From Escherichia coli (GTDB taxonomy: Bacteria; Pseudomonadota; Gammaproteobacteria; Enterobacterales; Enterobacteriaceae), in the NCBI RefSeq assembly GCF_044324785.1, contig NZ_CP172127.1: a DNA stretch of 64,000 bases, one strand, 5' to 3'. Under the pieces are notes generated by a model. It saw nothing but the letters and a program-made list of their open reading frames with translations. It had not been told where the DNA came from and ran no database searches. Shown here one piece after another: positions 1 through 9,194 of the stretch. The position numbers were made by a program, and so were the translations under genes. Position 1 is the stretch's first letter; every line of letters starts with the position of its first letter.

Positions 1-78
1 CCGAAGAATGCTCCGGGATGTTTATCCACGCCCGGTCGTGCTACCTTTTATGTCCTCACAACAAAAAAGGATATTTTC

Positions 79-297
79 ATGTCAGAGATAGCCGAACTTA
101 AAGAAGAATTAGCTAAAGTTAGAGCTGAATTACATACCCACAAGGCATTGCTCTTAACCATTCTTCGTGATCTTCCTCCTCAAAAAGATAAATTTCTCTT
201 GAGAATTGGAGCGTCCGTTAACGATCTGAACCGCCCAGATATTCAGGAGTTAGGCACACTCATTCAATTTTTGCGGTTGCTAAATAACCGCAAATAG
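79..297 (+). CDS. hypothetical small protein (72 aa)
   Basis: ORF only; weak RBS; convergent and overlapping with 260..634; no recognisable motif. Confidence 0.3.
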   Translation: MSEIAELKEELAKVRAELHTHKALLLTILRDLPPQKDKFLLRIGASVNDLNRPDIQELGTLIQFLRLLNNRK

Positions 298-634
298 CAT
301 CAACATTAAGCCGGGTGCCGTCATGTTTATTGGCGGCATCAGTAGCTATTTGTAATATTTTTCTGACGTCATCAATACTTGTTCCCCGGGTTGTTTCGCA
401 CAGACTTTTGTCAATTGCGCAGAAAACTTCAAAAACTCCCGTAGCCAATTTTTCCCGTTCATCTGCTTTCAGAGTGATGACCGGAGAATATAGCGTAGTA
501 AAGGCTTCTCTGATTTCCTGCGCCATAGCTACTGGTGATTTTGTTTCGCAAAGCTGGGTGCTGAACTGCATCCGGTCACTCAGTAGATGAGCGGCGATCA
601 CCTGAATTTGTTGCGGTAAAGATTTAAATTCCAT
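260..634 (-). CDS. hypothetical early-leftward phage protein (about 125 aa from internal ATG)
   Basis: AGGAG RBS precedes internal Met (MEFKSLPQQ...); sits leftward of the repressor as in lambdoid PL operons. Confidence 0.5.
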   Translation of the reverse strand: MEFKSLPQQIQVIAAHLLSDRMQFSTQLCETKSPVAMAQEIREAFTTLYSPVITLKADEREKLATGVFEVFCAIDKSLCETTRGTSIDDVRKILQIATDAANKHDGTRLNVDAICGYLATAKIE

Positions 635-741
635 CGTTTGGTACTCCTGACACACTGGTCTGGGTTGCCCTTATCGCCGGGTAGCGGAACGTGTTTCTGA
701 ACAACTGCCGCTGGGTAAGCGTTGTTGATGAAAGCGACTTT

Positions 742-790
742 ACAATTTGTATTTGTAATGGTCAATGTATTTTTAAAAAATAATTTGTAG
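742..790. promoter_or_regulatory. putative left operator cluster (repeated TTGTAA / ATTTGTA half-sites)
   Basis: acaatttgtatttgtaat and aatttgtag repeats left of the repressor gene, same half-site as the right operator region. Confidence 0.35.
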
Positions 791-884
791 TTAGGGGCAA
801 AAAAATATTCACTGTGTAAAGGTGTTTTTGTGTTAGGGGGAAAGTTGCATGCCAGCAGCGGCTGGCCTGGAAATTTGAACTGAA

Positions 885-1313
885 CTATTTTGTCTGGTTT
901 TTGGCTTCAAGTAGTTCTTTTAGCAGTAGATCGAAGTGCTCTCTTTTTTCTTTTAGCTCATTGATTAGTTTATTTTTTTCGCTCTCAGGCAGTCCTCTGA
1001 ATAGTTGCAGTAGAGCCTGTTCTTGTGGGGTTAGTTCTTGATTGTAATTACCGGGGTGTAGCGTGGATTCATCCAAATATTCTCCTTCATTCATGAAGAA
1101 AAAATGAACAGGGTATCCGGTCACTTTTGCTAGCTTGTCTAATTTATCTTTTCTTGGCGTTACCCCATTACACCATGCCTGAACTGATTGAGCTGTAACC
1201 CCAATATGGCGAGCTAACTCAGATTGAGACCAGCCTAAGTCTTTTAGAATCCGTTGTAGTCGGCTAGCAAAAGCCATGTTTTTCGTTTTTGTGTTCATAC
1301 CGTAAGGATACAA
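885..1313 (-). CDS. phage repressor, XRE-family HTH (CI-like, short form without S24 peptidase domain)
   Basis: HTH segment SQSELARHIGVTAQSVQAWCNG; divergent from a Cro-like gene; true start probably internal Met (1298 or 1277), possibly leaderless. Confidence 0.7.
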   Translation of the reverse strand: MYPYGMNTKTKNMAFASRLQRILKDLGWSQSELARHIGVTAQSVQAWCNGVTPRKDKLDKLAKVTGYPVHFFFMNEGEYLDESTLHPGNYNQELTPQEQALLQLFRGLPESEKNKLINELKEKREHFDLLLKELLEAKNQTK

Positions 1314-1318
1314 GGTTT

Positions 1319-1376
1319 AATTGTAGGGAGCATTGCAAATATAATTTGTAATTACAGTTATGATTTGTAATGATGG
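1319..1376. promoter_or_regulatory. putative right operator / divergent promoter region
   Basis: near-palindrome ttgtaattacag plus ttgcaat and atttgtaat repeats between divergent repressor and cro-like genes. Confidence 0.45.
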
Positions 1377-1396
1377 CGCGGACACAAGGAGTCCAT

Positions 1397-1627
1397 ATGG
1401 ATAAACAACTGCAAGACAAAATTCTTTCCGTAATGAGTCAATCAGAGTTAGGTCGGCGATTAGGGAAAAAACCACAAACTGTGAGCCTCTGGTTCAAAGG
1501 ACGGGTTCCCGGTGAAGAGGTTTTGCGCACATCTGAAGCTCTTGAATGGCGCGTGACCCCTCATGATCTTAGACCGGATCTTTACCCAAACCCAGATGAC
1601 AGCTTGCCTAAAACGGAAGCAGCTTAA
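1397..1627 (+). CDS. Cro/YdaS-like HTH regulator
   Basis: AGGAG RBS then ATG at 1397; MDKQLQDKILSVMSQSELGRRLGKKPQTVSLWFKG resembles YdaS/Cro family; first rightward gene. Confidence 0.65.
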   Translation: MDKQLQDKILSVMSQSELGRRLGKKPQTVSLWFKGRVPGEEVLRTSEALEWRVTPHDLRPDLYPNPDDSLPKTEAA

Positions 1628-1685
1628 CTGTTGGTGAGCCCCAAATCTGATTAAGCGTAATCAATTTTTAGCGACAGGAGACGCT

Positions 1686-2162
1686 ATGGAAAACCCAGAG
1701 GAATTACAAAAAGAGATTTTGACCTGGGCGGCAAGGGCAGGGCAGGAACTCGTCACGATTGAAATCTGCCGGGCCTGGTTCAGTCAGGGACGCAATGATG
1801 AGTTGAGACTACATGAATTTGAGGACGCGGACGGCAACGTGGACTGGAGAGCCATCAACAACAATCGGCAGAAAATCTTTCGCTGGTTACGTGGCGAGAC
1901 AACGGCGGCGCGCCGAAAAACTCAGGTGCTGGCCAGTGTGATGAAAGCCGTGCTACCCGCAGAACGGCGTGCGCGTCTGGAGTCGCCGGGCGATCCTGTT
2001 TTGCTGGCAACGCTGGCGGCAAAAGAAGGGGTGGAAGCGATTAACGCTGTACATCTCCACTTCGCGCCAGAGATAACTATTCAGGAAATTGACGAAGCAA
2101 TAGCGGCGCTGGTAGCGACGCGAGGGGCAGTGATAAGCACTGCGCAAGGCCATCATGCATGA
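1686..2162 (+). CDS. YdaT-family (CII-like) regulator
   Basis: follows cro-like gene as in Rac ydaS-ydaT; family assignment by recollection of the sequence pattern. Confidence 0.5.
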   Translation: MENPEELQKEILTWAARAGQELVTIEICRAWFSQGRNDELRLHEFEDADGNVDWRAINNNRQKIFRWLRGETTAARRKTQVLASVMKAVLPAERRARLESPGDPVLLATLAAKEGVEAINAVHLHFAPEITIQEIDEAIAALVATRGAVISTAQGHHA

Positions 2163-2163
2163 G

Positions 2164-2204
2164 CGCCTGACCAGCGTTTAACTTATACCGAGGAAAGACC
2201 GATG
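2164..2204 (+). repeat. conserved ~40-bp intergenic motif, copy 1 (cgcctgaccagcgt..accgaggaaagacc.atg)
   Basis: near-identical to 4599..4636; each copy lies between a stop codon and the next ATG. Confidence 0.55.
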
Positions 2205-2426
2205 TTAAGACATATTGACCGCATTACCTGGCGTAACGGCTGGCACCTGAATGGACGCCCGGCACATGTTGCAGAGATCCGCCCCATATTCGATGGCCGC
2301 GTCGCAGCTGCACGTTCTGTATGGGAAAAGTACGAAGAAGAAAAAGCGAAACTGCGTGAGCAAAATCTCTCTGGCGCTGCCTATGAGGCTGGCTGTCGCG
2401 TTCTCTCAGAGGCTTTGGGCATATGA
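2202..2426 (+). CDS. hypothetical protein (74 aa)
   Basis: ORF preceded by GAGGAAAG RBS inside the conserved motif. Confidence 0.4.
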   Translation: MLRHIDRITWRNGWHLNGRPAHVAEIRPIFDGRVAAARSVWEKYEEEKAKLREQNLSGAAYEAGCRVLSEALGI

Positions 2427-3190
2427 ACATCCTCCCGTTACTTGATAGACCCATAGCCTTCCAGAGAAGTTTTATCCGTCTTGAAATTGGCGTGACTGCC
2501 GCATTGTTTCTGTCGCAGTTGACGTACTGGACAAACAGAACAACTGACGACGGCTGGGTGTATAAAACCCAGGATGAGTGGGAAGAGGAAACAGGGCTTT
2601 CACGATACGAGCAGGAGGGCGCCCGCAAAAAACTACGTGGTCTCGGCGTCTTGCTGGAACGTAAACAGGGCTTGCCTGCCAGGCTGTACTACAAAATCGA
2701 TAATGATGTGTTGTGCCAGCTACTTACGTCCGCATACAAGGATGCGGAAAAACCACATACAGGTGAGGGGAAAACCACCAGGCCTGTACGTGGAAAACCA
2801 ACAAACATTCTTACAGAGAATACAACAGAGATTACTACAGAGATTATTACTGATGGTGAATCGGCTGACGCCGACACCCAACAACCTGCCGACCAGAGAA
2901 TAAATTATCAGGTGATACTCGATACCTATCACGAGATTTTGCCAGAGATGCCACCAGTGAAAATCCTCACTGACGGCAGAAAAAAACACCTTCGCACTTT
3001 CTGGAAAAAATTCAATTTCAATGAGTCCCGTTGGCGGGCCTATCTGGAATTTATCGGTGGCAATTGTCGCTGGATGCTGGAGGACAGGCCAAATGGCAGG
3101 GGAGGATTCTGGCGGCGTAAAAATCTTGATTATCTGATTACCGAACGCTGCTACGTTTCGGTTAAGGAAGAACGCGCAAATGATAAATAA
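2423..3190 (+). CDS. phage replication initiation / replisome organizer protein
   Basis: position immediately upstream of and overlapping DnaB-like helicase; N-terminal region resembles replication organizer proteins. Confidence 0.5.
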   Translation: MNILPLLDRPIAFQRSFIRLEIGVTAALFLSQLTYWTNRTTDDGWVYKTQDEWEEETGLSRYEQEGARKKLRGLGVLLERKQGLPARLYYKIDNDVLCQLLTSAYKDAEKPHTGEGKTTRPVRGKPTNILTENTTEITTEIITDGESADADTQQPADQRINYQVILDTYHEILPEMPPVKILTDGRKKHLRTFWKKFNFNESRWRAYLEFIGGNCRWMLEDRPNGRGGFWRRKNLDYLITERCYVSVKEERANDK

Positions 3191-4595
3191 CGCGATTGCA
3201 CTGTACAGCGTTGACGCAGAACAGGCTGTTCTGGGCTGTCTGATGCTGAATACCGACCACGACAGAACCAATGCGGTATTTGCGTTACTGAAACCGGAAA
3301 CGTTTTATATCAATGCGCATCAGGTTATCTACCGGGAGATCAAAGGATTATTTCAAGCTGATAAACCAACTGACCTGATAACACTGACCGAACTGATGGA
3401 ATCGAAGGGGCTGTATGAGCGCGTGGGGGGATTCGCATACCTGGCTGAAATGAGTAAGGCGGCGATACCGGCCTCAATGGTCAACTACGCGAAAATTGTA
3501 CGTGAAAAAGCCATTCTTCGTTACGCCGTGGAAAAGTTGAATTCTTGTCTGGAGATTATGACCCAGCCTGCAGATATGACTGCTACTGACAGGATCAGCA
3601 CCGTTCAGCAAGTGATTGGACAGGTAGCTGAACATGCCCGTACCGGGCATAAGGGCGGTTTGCGTCCGGCAAGTGAAGTCGTCGATGACTGGATAGATGA
3701 CCTTGATCGCCGTTTCAATGATCCAGCACATGCAGCCGGACTAACGCTCGGAATCGAAAGCCTTGATCGCTTAATGGCACCAAAGCAGGCGTTAAGAGGC
3801 TCATTGGTCGTTATTGGTGCCCGGCCAAAAATGGGCAAGACAGCCGCGTTTAATAAAATTGCGGTGCATTTTGCTCTGAATCATCGTTTGCCGACGCTGG
3901 TATTTAGCCTGGAAATGACTGACAGAAGTCTCATTGAACGCATGGTTGCGCAGGAAGCAAAGGTCAATTCGGAGATTTTTTATCTTGGCCCTAACGATGA
4001 ATCTGAATTGAGTCTCGCAATAGCAAAGGCGGGGGAGATTGCCGAATCCAACATGATGATTGACAGCACGGCAGGCGTAACCCTTGCGCATATTGTCGCT
4101 GAATGCCGAAAGGTTAAGCGGATGCATGGCTCGGTTGGCCTGGTGGCAATTGACTATTTGACGCTGATGAAAACCGAAGCGGCAGAACGTCGGGATATTG
4201 CGTATGGCGATATCACAACCGGTTTGAAGAACCTGGCAAAAGAGCTGGATTGTGTTGTGGTCCTGCTGACGCAACTCAACCGAAAACTTGAAGAACGAGC
4301 AGATAAGCGGCCTAACCCGAGCGACAGTAAAGATACCGGGCAGATCGAACAAGATTGCGATGTCTGGATTGGCCTCTATCGTGATGCTGTTTATAACGAA
4401 AATGCCGACCCAAATCTCATGGAAATGTTGCTACGTCTGAACCGCGAAGGACCATCGGGAACAGCCTACGCCCTGATGAAAAATGGCTCAGTTATTGATA
4501 TCAGCGATGAGGAGGTTTATCGCCGTACCAACTACCGCTCAGAAAAAAATAAACGTTATTCCCGTAGCGATAATTCTCGCACAAATGAATTTTAA
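3180..4595 (+). CDS. replicative DNA helicase, DnaB family
   Basis: Walker A GARPKMGKTAA, DnaB-like N-terminal domain, 471 aa. Confidence 0.85.
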   Translation: MINNAIALYSVDAEQAVLGCLMLNTDHDRTNAVFALLKPETFYINAHQVIYREIKGLFQADKPTDLITLTELMESKGLYERVGGFAYLAEMSKAAIPASMVNYAKIVREKAILRYAVEKLNSCLEIMTQPADMTATDRISTVQQVIGQVAEHARTGHKGGLRPASEVVDDWIDDLDRRFNDPAHAAGLTLGIESLDRLMAPKQALRGSLVVIGARPKMGKTAAFNKIAVHFALNHRLPTLVFSLEMTDRSLIERMVAQEAKVNSEIFYLGPNDESELSLAIAKAGEIAESNMMIDSTAGVTLAHIVAECRKVKRMHGSVGLVAIDYLTLMKTEAAERRDIAYGDITTGLKNLAKELDCVVVLLTQLNRKLEERADKRPNPSDSKDTGQIEQDCDVWIGLYRDAVYNENADPNLMEMLLRLNREGPSGTAYALMKNGSVIDISDEEVYRRTNYRSEKNKRYSRSDNSRTNEF

Positions 4596-4598
4596 CCA

Positions 4599-4636
4599 CG
4601 CCTGACCAGCGTGAAATAACCGAGGAAAGACCAATG
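4599..4636 (+). repeat. conserved ~40-bp intergenic motif, copy 2
   Basis: matches 2164..2204 with a shorter internal spacer. Confidence 0.55.
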
Positions 4637-5044
4637 ACCACCACTCCAGGCAAATTAGAGTACCCGTCGGACAAAGGACACATAGACGACGGTAAAAACT
4701 ATCTCGACGTCATTTTGTGGAATATGAACGTCGGGCCACGTGCGCGCACTCGCGCGGTTTTTGTGCCAAGACCTAAAGCAGGCAATTTTTCAACCCCTGC
4801 TAAGCCTGCCCGTCAGGCATCCGTAGCCGCAGCGCCAGCAGTGAAACGTAAGGGCAAAACGCACACCGGGATCGCGATTCGCAGAAATGGTGAGCGGCAA
4901 GTAAAACTCCACGAAACAGCGACAACCTGGTGTGCTTCACCGCATGAAACTTACGACAAGATAACCGGGCAGCGCATTGGTGCGCCTGGTCGCTGTCGCC
5001 TGCTGTTGAGTTCCATCACTCCGATAGCAAAGAAAGGGGCGTGA
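4634..5044 (+). CDS. hypothetical protein (136 aa), basic C-terminal half
   Basis: ORF with RBS in conserved motif. Confidence 0.45.
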   Translation: MTTTPGKLEYPSDKGHIDDGKNYLDVILWNMNVGPRARTRAVFVPRPKAGNFSTPAKPARQASVAAAPAVKRKGKTHTGIAIRRNGERQVKLHETATTWCASPHETYDKITGQRIGAPGRCRLLLSSITPIAKKGA

Positions 5045-5045
5045 T

Positions 5046-5282
5046 ATGGCCGGGCAATCAGATTACCTGCCGCCCGGCTTACCACACAACCGCGCCAAAT
5101 GGCCCCAGGAATACCAGCTTAAAGAGCACTACGACATGCGAGCGGCGACGCTGATCCGCCAACTCTTTGAGAAACGTATTCCGAGGGGAAGCGTGATTGA
5201 GCAAATCGGAATGACGCCGGATACGTACCGGGAATTTTTCAGAGAGCGTCTGAACTACTGGAGAGGGGTGATGGAGCAATGA
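5046..5282 (+). CDS. hypothetical protein (78 aa)
   Basis: tightly packed with neighbours in same orientation. Confidence 0.4.
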   Translation: MAGQSDYLPPGLPHNRAKWPQEYQLKEHYDMRAATLIRQLFEKRIPRGSVIEQIGMTPDTYREFFRERLNYWRGVMEQ

Positions 5283-5590
5283 AATACAAACGGTGGGTGC
5301 GTGCGGAAGTCGTAATCATCAAACAATGTGCGGGCAGCATGACAGTTGAACGTATAGGGCAGCTTATTGGAAGAACCGGTGCAGCGGTACGCACAAAAGC
5401 GCGCGAGCTGAAAATCTGTATGTATCTGCGGGGTAATTATCACCAGTCAGCAAAATACTGCCAGGAGGATATCGAGCTGGCAAGGGAATTACATCAGTCG
5501 GGTATTAATCGCCAGGATATCGCAGAAAAACTCGAAATGCCGATCGGAGCGGTGAATCAGTTTGTTTATTTTGAGCGGAGGATTTCATGA
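5279..5590 (+). CDS. hypothetical protein, possible HTH DNA-binding (103 aa)
   Basis: overlapping start/stop with neighbours; two HTH-like segments. Confidence 0.4.
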   Translation: MKYKRWVRAEVVIIKQCAGSMTVERIGQLIGRTGAAVRTKARELKICMYLRGNYHQSAKYCQEDIELARELHQSGINRQDIAEKLEMPIGAVNQFVYFERRIS

Positions 5591-5811
5591 AAGAACTTTT
5601 TCTGGCATTTGTGCCCCGGTTTATTAATGACCAGATCGCACTGACTGATAATGGTGAACAATATGAAATTGCCTGCAGCATGGTGGATGTGAATCCGGGC
5701 GAACGGTATGACGCGATGTGTGACCTGAAAATATTCACCTGGCTGGGTTGGGCCATTCCGTGTGGAGAACCAACAAATATTCGCCCGTTTGAGGGCAGGG
5801 AGGCTGTATGA
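5587..5811 (+). CDS. hypothetical protein (74 aa)
   Basis: ORF; stop overlaps a further 38-aa Cys-containing small ORF starting at about 5808. Confidence 0.4.
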   Translation: MKELFLAFVPRFINDQIALTDNGEQYEIACSMVDVNPGERYDAMCDLKIFTWLGWAIPCGEPTNIRPFEGREAV

Positions 5812-5998
5812 GTGAATTGAAAATACGTCGCAAGGCAATAGCACGCGTTAAAAATCCATTACCAGTGCCCGCCGAATGCCATTTTTGTGGTGGGAATGTA
5901 CGGATTGGTACGTATGTATGGTGATTGCGGAGTGACGTAAAACGAATCGTTGTGGGTGTAATATCGTCAATATCATTGGTTTCCCGGAGGGAAAGGAC

Positions 5999-6220
5999 AT
6001 GTTTGGCGATAAACTGGAGTTACCACGGAACGGGCGGATAGTGCTCTATATTTCAGATTACAAAGTAACCAGGGCTGAGGTGTTGGAACCGGAAAAACAT
6101 CTGGTCACGTTACCGGACATTATTGAGTTGTATAAGCGGGTCGGATATGTGGACTTGCATCGCGATGATGTTCCCGTTGAGTGTATGGAATGTGAACACC
6201 GGAGGTTTGAAGTTGATTGA
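5999..6220 (+). CDS. hypothetical protein (73 aa)
   Basis: ORF with GGAGG RBS. Confidence 0.4.
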   Translation: MFGDKLELPRNGRIVLYISDYKVTRAEVLEPEKHLVTLPDIIELYKRVGYVDLHRDDVPVECMECEHRRFEVD

Positions 6221-6312
6221 ATTGACTTAGAAAAAGCCCGGGGCTATAGTTTCCGCGCAGCCGCAAAATCGGTTGCCGGGATTGGCGTCCCGGATATCTA
6301 AGTGACGCATAG

Positions 6313-6331
6313 CCGCGTTAGCGGTTTTTTT
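6313..6331 (+). terminator. putative intrinsic terminator
   Basis: ccgcgttagcgg hairpin followed by a T7 run. Confidence 0.45.
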
Positions 6332-6444
6332 ATGTGTTAGGCACGGCCACATTCGCATTATGGTGGGCTGTGTGGGGGCTTCTGCGGAAGCGCCGGGTTC
6401 ACTTAGCCGGTTACGCCAACCCTGCACAGTTCACCACCAGATGA

Positions 6445-7137
6445 TTGGCGTCGCTGGTGGTGATGAAAAAAACACTAAGTGAGGCCACTGCGATGACAAT
6501 CCAAATATCTGCGGAATCCCTTTCTCCGCTACATCATAACCAACTTCCCGTCATCACTACTGAATTGCTTGCCAGTTTGTATGGCACGGAAGTAAATGGT
6601 ATCCAGCAAAACTTCAAGCGCAACATCGCCAGATTTGTCGTAGGAAAGCATTTTTTTAAGCTGGAAGGTAATGAATTACGCGACTTCAAAAACAGACTGA
6701 CAGATAGTCAGTCAGTTGCTAAACATACCCGATCCCTCATTCTCTGGACAGAACGCGGCGCAGCTCGCCATGCCAAAATGCTGGAAACAGAACAGGCCTG
6801 GGAAGTTTTCGAAAAGCTGGAAGATTGTTATTTTAGCCAGCGTCCAGAGAGGCGGAGTACAACTACCGATGACCGTACTCCCTTACGTGATGCCGTTAAT
6901 ATGCTGGTCGGTAAGAAAGGCATGATGTATCCCGATGCCTACACCATGATTCATCAACGCTTCGCCGTCTCTCACATAGAACAACTGTCACAGACGCAAA
7001 TGTTAGAGGCGATTGAATACATCCACTGCCTGCTACTCGATGAAAATCAACCAACCATTCCAGATCACCACTATCAAAAATGGAAAAGTGACCAGAATGC
7101 GCCATGTTGCCAAAGGCGAACATCTGATGACCTTTGA
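6445..7137 (+). CDS. antirepressor-like protein with ORF6N-type N-terminal domain
   Basis: ELLASLYGTEVNGIQQNFKRNIARFVVGKHFFKLEGNELRDF pattern; C-terminal 30 aa look unnatural, possible frameshift into 7013..7270. Confidence 0.5.
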   Translation: MASLVVMKKTLSEATAMTIQISAESLSPLHHNQLPVITTELLASLYGTEVNGIQQNFKRNIARFVVGKHFFKLEGNELRDFKNRLTDSQSVAKHTRSLILWTERGAARHAKMLETEQAWEVFEKLEDCYFSQRPERRSTTTDDRTPLRDAVNMLVGKKGMMYPDAYTMIHQRFAVSHIEQLSQTQMLEAIEYIHCLLLDENQPTIPDHHYQKWKSDQNAPCCQRRTSDDL

Positions 7138-7270
7138 CGCTTTCAAAGAGATCGCTGAGCGGGCAGGGTATCTGGTGATCCACAGCGACAATCTGCGAAG
7201 TATGACACTGGATAAATTGATGGTAATGGGGAAAAAGTCTGCTGTATCCGTTGCTGATTCAGCATTTTGA
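7013..7270 (+). CDS. possible C-terminal continuation of antirepressor in +1 frame, or separate small gene
   Basis: protein-like ORF overlapping the 3' end of 6445..7137 in another frame. Confidence 0.3.
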   Translation: MNTSTACYSMKINQPFQITTIKNGKVTRMRHVAKGEHLMTFDAFKEIAERAGYLVIHSDNLRSMTLDKLMVMGKKSAVSVADSAF

Positions 7271-7300
7271 CAGGTTGAATGTTTGGCGCGGTTATACTCT

Positions 7301-7377
7301 ATTTGCGCTTAAAAAGGTATTTAGTCACAACCAGCACGAGGCCGAATACTCTGTCAAAGTACCGCCCATGTAAAACT
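7301..7377. repeat. direct repeat copy A (~77 bp), degenerate copy of the 3' end of gene 10899..11504
   Basis: about 92 percent identical to 10901..10978 with a 1-nt indel. Confidence 0.8.
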
Positions 7378-7447
7378 GTAACGTATGTACTTGATGACTA
7401 AGCTGGCACCAGGTTAACACCAGGCGCCAGCTTGAAGGAAACTTCAG

Positions 7448-8371
7448 TTATTGGTTTCTGAGGAAAGCGATTCTTGAAAGGGTCATTTGCGTCTGGCAGT
7501 CGACCATTTTCTTGACTTCAGCATCTGTTCCCTGCATTGAAACTTTACCGCACATAGCATCCTTAGTTTTGATCCACTGACGCTGAGAAGGCAGCAAATC
7601 TTTTTTCTTCGCCGGGGTTAACTTGCTCCAGACGGTACTCAAATCAGAGTCGGCATTCGCAAATGCCATTCGGGACTGATCAAGGCTGTCAGCTTTTTGT
7701 GGCTGAAGTTGTGCCTGTCTCTCTATTTGCTTCTCCGCCTCATACTTAGCCTGTTCCTGCGCCCTGAGTTGCACCTGTTGTTCCGCTTCAATTTGGCTCT
7801 GTTGGGCATCCTTAGCCTGCTGGATTTTCTGCTGCTCAACGATCGGGTTGATAATAGAAAGTGATGTCAGTAAAGCGGCGCCCACTGATATCGGATTATC
7901 AGAAGAGGTTTTTACAAAAACGTTTTTCTGATCGTCGGTCGCCTGCACGGTGTAGGTGATACGTTTGGAAAAGGCGTTTGCGTTGTTCTCCAAAAACAGG
8001 CTTTCCATTTGCTTGTCGAGATTACGATTAAAATTCTTTCTGTAATCATCAGAAAGCTGGACGTATTCGTTCGCAGGTAGAGTCATCGTCACGGTCCCTT
8101 CACAAGTTTTCATTGTGCTGCCCGTGTCACTTGATGTTGTGGAGATTTCAGAGATGGCTAGTTTGATCTTGTCCAATGTGCTTCGTTTGGTCTGATTAGT
8201 GACATCAGGGTATTTATCGACCTGTTCAGAGAGTCCTTCATAAGCAGATTTTTTTAATAAATCCATAAGCGCTGACTGGGTTATTTCCGAAGAACAACCG
8301 ATCACATCTTTTTTGTTATCACAGCCTGTAAGGGCAATGGCGAGTAAGAGTACTGAGTATTTTAATCTCAT
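7448..8371 (-). CDS. lipoprotein with C-terminal DUF1311 (LprI-like) domain
   Basis: lipobox LTGC after signal peptide; Gln-rich coiled coil; C-terminal QRQWIKTKDAMCG...DCQTQMTLSRIAFL pattern. Confidence 0.55.
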   Translation of the reverse strand: MRLKYSVLLLAIALTGCDNKKDVIGCSSEITQSALMDLLKKSAYEGLSEQVDKYPDVTNQTKRSTLDKIKLAISEISTTSSDTGSTMKTCEGTVTMTLPANEYVQLSDDYRKNFNRNLDKQMESLFLENNANAFSKRITYTVQATDDQKNVFVKTSSDNPISVGAALLTSLSIINPIVEQQKIQQAKDAQQSQIEAEQQVQLRAQEQAKYEAEKQIERQAQLQPQKADSLDQSRMAFANADSDLSTVWSKLTPAKKKDLLPSQRQWIKTKDAMCGKVSMQGTDAEVKKMVDCQTQMTLSRIAFLRNQ

Positions 8372-8996
8372 GAATTCCCTTTAGAGTAAGGATTGGTTTT
8401 TAAGACGCGGTCTGTAATCAGTTCCGAGAGCTACAGTAAACAACGCTGAGCACTGAACGCATCACAGGCAAGGTAAAGGCGATATCGGCAAAGGCTGTGA
8501 AACCTTTAATTCAACAGATGGAAACGGTATGCGCAGGATCCTGTAACGACGCTCCCAAAACCGGAAACCTGTAAGGCATGTTTTCGCTGCTGAACTTAAT
8601 ATACGAACCTGCACTATCATGAACATATTTTATATCGTTATACCCCGAGTGATTGTGCCCGGCAATGGATAGTGTCCTGGAGGAACTATTTCTACTGTAA
8701 AAGGTAGACATTTAATTTCAGTGTGGAATTATTCCCTGCTGTTAATAACCATGGCTCTATATGGCACCGAGCGGACTAGTTAACTTGCCTGAAAGCCGCT
8801 ATGAGTGAGGAGCGAATATTGGCACGAGAGGATACCTGAACCATTTTTTGGACATGCGCTAAAAGCGAATGATTAGTTTTATCGGAATATTTACAGTATA
8901 CTTACAAGGCAAGCTTGGCGTGCCGTCTTGGGCGAGATTGCTTAAATTATTTTGTGGATATATCATTCAAACAAAAGATAATAAAATGAGGTTGTT

Positions 8997-9194
8997 ATGT
9001 CATATATTCGCGTAGAGAAAGATGGCCTTCAGTATGAAGCAGAATACTTCCGTAAAGAGGATATGGTCACAGTCTTTGGGGTTAGAGGAGGGCATTCCAG
9101 CGTGGTTCTAAATGGAATGACAGAAGTCGCGGCTGCTCGTACTGCGTTACGAAATCTTATTAGAGAAAATCAGGTTGATCCTCTAACTGATTAA
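8997..9194 (+). CDS. hypothetical small protein (65 aa)
   Basis: ORF in AT-rich island, GAGG RBS. Confidence 0.4.
   Translation: MSYIRVEKDGLQYEAEYFRKEDMVTVFGVRGGHSSVVLNGMTEVAAARTALRNLIRENQVDPLTD

Noticed and set aside
1-900. Search for an integrase or excisionase at the left edge of the window
   Set aside because: No tyrosine-recombinase-like ORF is present; the prophage continues beyond the window start, so the integrase is presumably outside the window.
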